Below, piece after piece: positions 23,844-26,088 of a stretch of DNA of 26,088 nucleotides (position 1 is the first letter of the stretch; every line of letters starts with the position of its first letter). Source of the DNA: Ancylonema sp. (Eukaryota); the NCBI GenBank assembly GCA_050230475.1, contig JBFLGF010000012.1, positions 124,001-150,088 of the forward strand. Reading direction: 5' to 3'. Made by a program: the position numbers and the translations under genes. The notes under the pieces are model-generated. The model was not told the origin of the DNA. It did no database searches and saw only the letters and a program-made list of their open reading frames with translations.

Positions 23844-25655
23844 TCACCTCCGCATCATTCTATTCCTCTCTCTCTTTCGGAACCTATCCATCATGATCTC
23901 ATCTGTTGCTGCCTGCCTTCTTTGATTCCCACCCGCTTCCCCATCCCCTCCCCCACCACCTCCTCTCCCAGCACCCCCTCCAGAACCCCTTCCAGCCCCA
24001 TGCCCACCCTTGTCCTTGAACAAGTCTGGGTGATCTGCAGCCCCCACACCATCATCAGTGAAGCCCTATTTTTTTGTTTCCTTCTTCCCTCCTTGTGCTC
24101 ACCTCTCCTTAATTTCTCCGCATAATCCTTCCCTCTCTGGAAGTAGTCAGCGCTGAAGCTGGCAGGCAAGGGGGCGTCACCCTCCCCTCTGCAAACCCCC
24201 CTCACAACCGCGGGTCAGCATAAAAGGAATCCATCCTCTCTGCCCATAGAATCTCTCTCAGCGATCAGCTCTGCATTGCAGCATACACCCCACAACACCT
24301 CTCCCTTCTGACTGCAGGCGGCAACACCACCGACCCCCCCACCCTTTCCGACACCCTTCCGTGGCCACGTCACTAATGTTCAACAACTTGAGTCGAGCAC
24401 GATGCACATGTGTCCGGGCACAACTGTGTGCGAACAGCAGAGTGCAGAGTGCGCTCCCGTCACGAGTAACACTGTGGAGTGGGCCGCAGGGCAGTGGGTA
24501 AGAGAAGAGTGGGAGGGAGGCAGCAGTGGGGTAATGAGTATCACCTTCTCCCCACAAACGGCCGTGTCTGTTGAAGAGCTTTCTTGGCTGCTTCTGTGTC
24601 CTCGATGTTCTTCACCTTATACCTGCGCCCGCCCCCGCACCACCGTCTCACCACTGCTCTACTGCTCTATTGCCCTCGGATCTGTCATCCTCTCCACAAG
24701 AAGATTCCAGAAAGTAGTGGGGTGATCCAGAAGGTCCTAAAAAGTATACCAAGGTTGTCCAAGGTTGTGGAAGGTTTTGGAAGGTTGTGGCCTCACTCTA
24801 TGGGCAGCTGCACCTCTGCTATTCCCGTGGTCCAGGCAGTGGAGCCCTCGTCTAGCTTGTTACGCTTCACCTGCAGGGCTCTCACTCTCTCACTCTCTCA
24901 CTCTCTCACTCTCTCACTCTCTCACTCTCTCACTCTCTCACTCTCTCACTCTCTCACTCTGAAGCAGGACTGCTTTCCCGTTATTGAAAATTATTACTGT
25001 TGATTTCCCCCCCCCCCCCCTAAGTTTATTGCCATTTTTTTCCCCTTTCTTTTCGCTTCCCTCATTATTTTGTTTTCTGTTTTCTGTTTTCTGTTTTCTG
25101 TCTTCTATTTCCTGTTTTTTGTTTGTTGTTTGTTTTTAGTCTAGTTGGAGTCCTGTCGGCACTTGTGAGTGCAGAGGCGACCGCAACCTACAGAGCTGCC
25201 CCCGCACACTCCACCCCGGCACACCCAGATGAATAGATGTGATAATAATAATATTTTGAAAAAAGGGCATCTGGCCCCTCCTCCATTCTTCCCTGCATAT
25301 ATTTCCCTTGGTGTCATTGGTGTAGTGCAGAAATGGGCGTTTCTGGAGACATGAAAGGCATATTTGGAGCGTCACATGTGTCGATTGACTACAACCGAGG
25401 TGGAATCCGGATTTTGGTTTTCAGTTTCAGGGTAGGTCAGGTTTTAGGTTTTCGGGTTTCGGGTTTCGGGTTTAGGTTTTAGGTTGGGTCAGGTTTCAGG
25501 TTTCAGGTTTCAGGTTTCGAGTCTGCGAACAGAGTCTTGCCTTGAGGTGATCTGGCACTCTGTACAAATCATCCTCTGCGCTCATCTTATCTTCCACCAC
25601 CTTCCCCACGTCCACCCCTCTTCTCTTTGCCAGTTCTTGTTCAACATATATGAGC
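23844..25655 (-). CDS. CSU2: CSU2 / C9orf78 (Hep_59, Tls1-like) spliceosome-associated protein, 5'-partial (last five exons)
   Basis: Exons 25655-25541 (LIYVEQELAKRRG...EDDLYRVPDHLK), 24870-24797 (VKR...WTTGIAEVQLPIE), 24622-24545 (YKVKNIEDTEAAKK...), 24188-24103 (PASFSADYFQRGKDYAEKLRR) and 24034-23844 (HPDLFKDKG...RRQAATDEIMMDRFRKRERNRMMRR*). Phases are consistent. These motifs match plant COP1 SUPPRESSOR 2/C9orf78 as I recall it. Upstream exons were not found in the window. Confidence 0.9.
24879..24960 (+). repeat. (CTCTCACT)10 intronic tandem repeat
   Basis: About ten perfect 8-bp units. On the CSU2 sense strand this reads (AGTGAGAG)n, ending a few nt before the acceptor at 24871. Confidence 0.95.
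25410..25519 (+). repeat. Degenerate telomere-like repeat tract (TTTTAGG / TTTCGGG / TTTCAGG units)
   Basis: About 110 bp of T3-4(A/C/CA)G2-3 units inside the CSU2 GC-AG intron, ending about 20 bp from its donor. Confidence 0.7.
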
Positions 25656-26088
25656 CTGACACACCAACATGTGCAGCAGGGAGCCGACGATCAAATGACT
25701 ATTCGCTGCACAACTGCTTGCAAGGGTCACACATTGCAGGCCGCTGCAGGTTGACTGTAGCCATGGGTAATGATCACAAAATCGACTCTCACTAAATTTC
25801 AGGATTGAGGAGTAGCAGGGTCCACAGCAAACAAATATCCCTCTGAACTGATATTGCGATTAGGGTTGTTGAAACAGCTGCTCAAGTCTCGGACATCCAC
25901 ATACCCAATTTCTGTTACCTGCAACCCACGAGTGCTCATATACACCATGAAATAAACAGGAACTCCAACAGGGCCCTGCTACCACCACACTCAAGCTTCT
26001 GCACACTTTTGACACACCATACTTGTATGTATACAACATATTATGTTCACACACTAGATTCCGAACATAGTGTCTATGAGGTACTTCA

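Noticed and set aside
1445..25655. Idea that the UBA, ATR, NECAP and CSU2 genes form a functional cluster
   Set aside because: They are conserved housekeeping-type genes from different pathways; adjacency alone is not evidence of a system.
25861..25873. TAGGGTTGTTGAA, similar to the MITE TIR
   Set aside because: It has an indel relative to the TIR and no partner end within the window.

Overview
Eukaryotic, intron-containing nuclear DNA. The proteins look green-plant-like, most plausibly from a streptophyte alga or other non-seed plant; this is inferred from recalled protein similarity, not from a search. Four genes can be reconstructed. (1) A single-coding-exon UBA-domain protein on the minus strand (1445-3775/3868). 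(2) A 19-exon ATR PI3K-like checkpoint kinase on the plus strand (5612-18467, about 2866 aa). (3) A 3-exon NECAP-like adaptin-ear-binding protein on the plus strand (21250-22583). (4) The 3' five exons of a CSU2/C9orf78-family protein on the minus strand (23844-25655), which runs off the window and has a GC-AG intron. A 523-bp hAT-type MITE lies at 202-724. The most unusual element is the ATR gene. Its kinase and FATC domains are intact, yet it carries three separate lesions: an in-frame TGA at 9497-9499, an apparently exact 1132-bp frame-breaking tandem duplication (10799-13062), and GG instead of GT at the expected donor at 16266. These could reflect a decaying allele or paralog, splice-rescued variants, or assembly error. 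Non-coding DNA is also strewn with 7-8-bp-unit tandem repeats, including a telomere-like tract. I see no clear evidence of a new multi-gene system.
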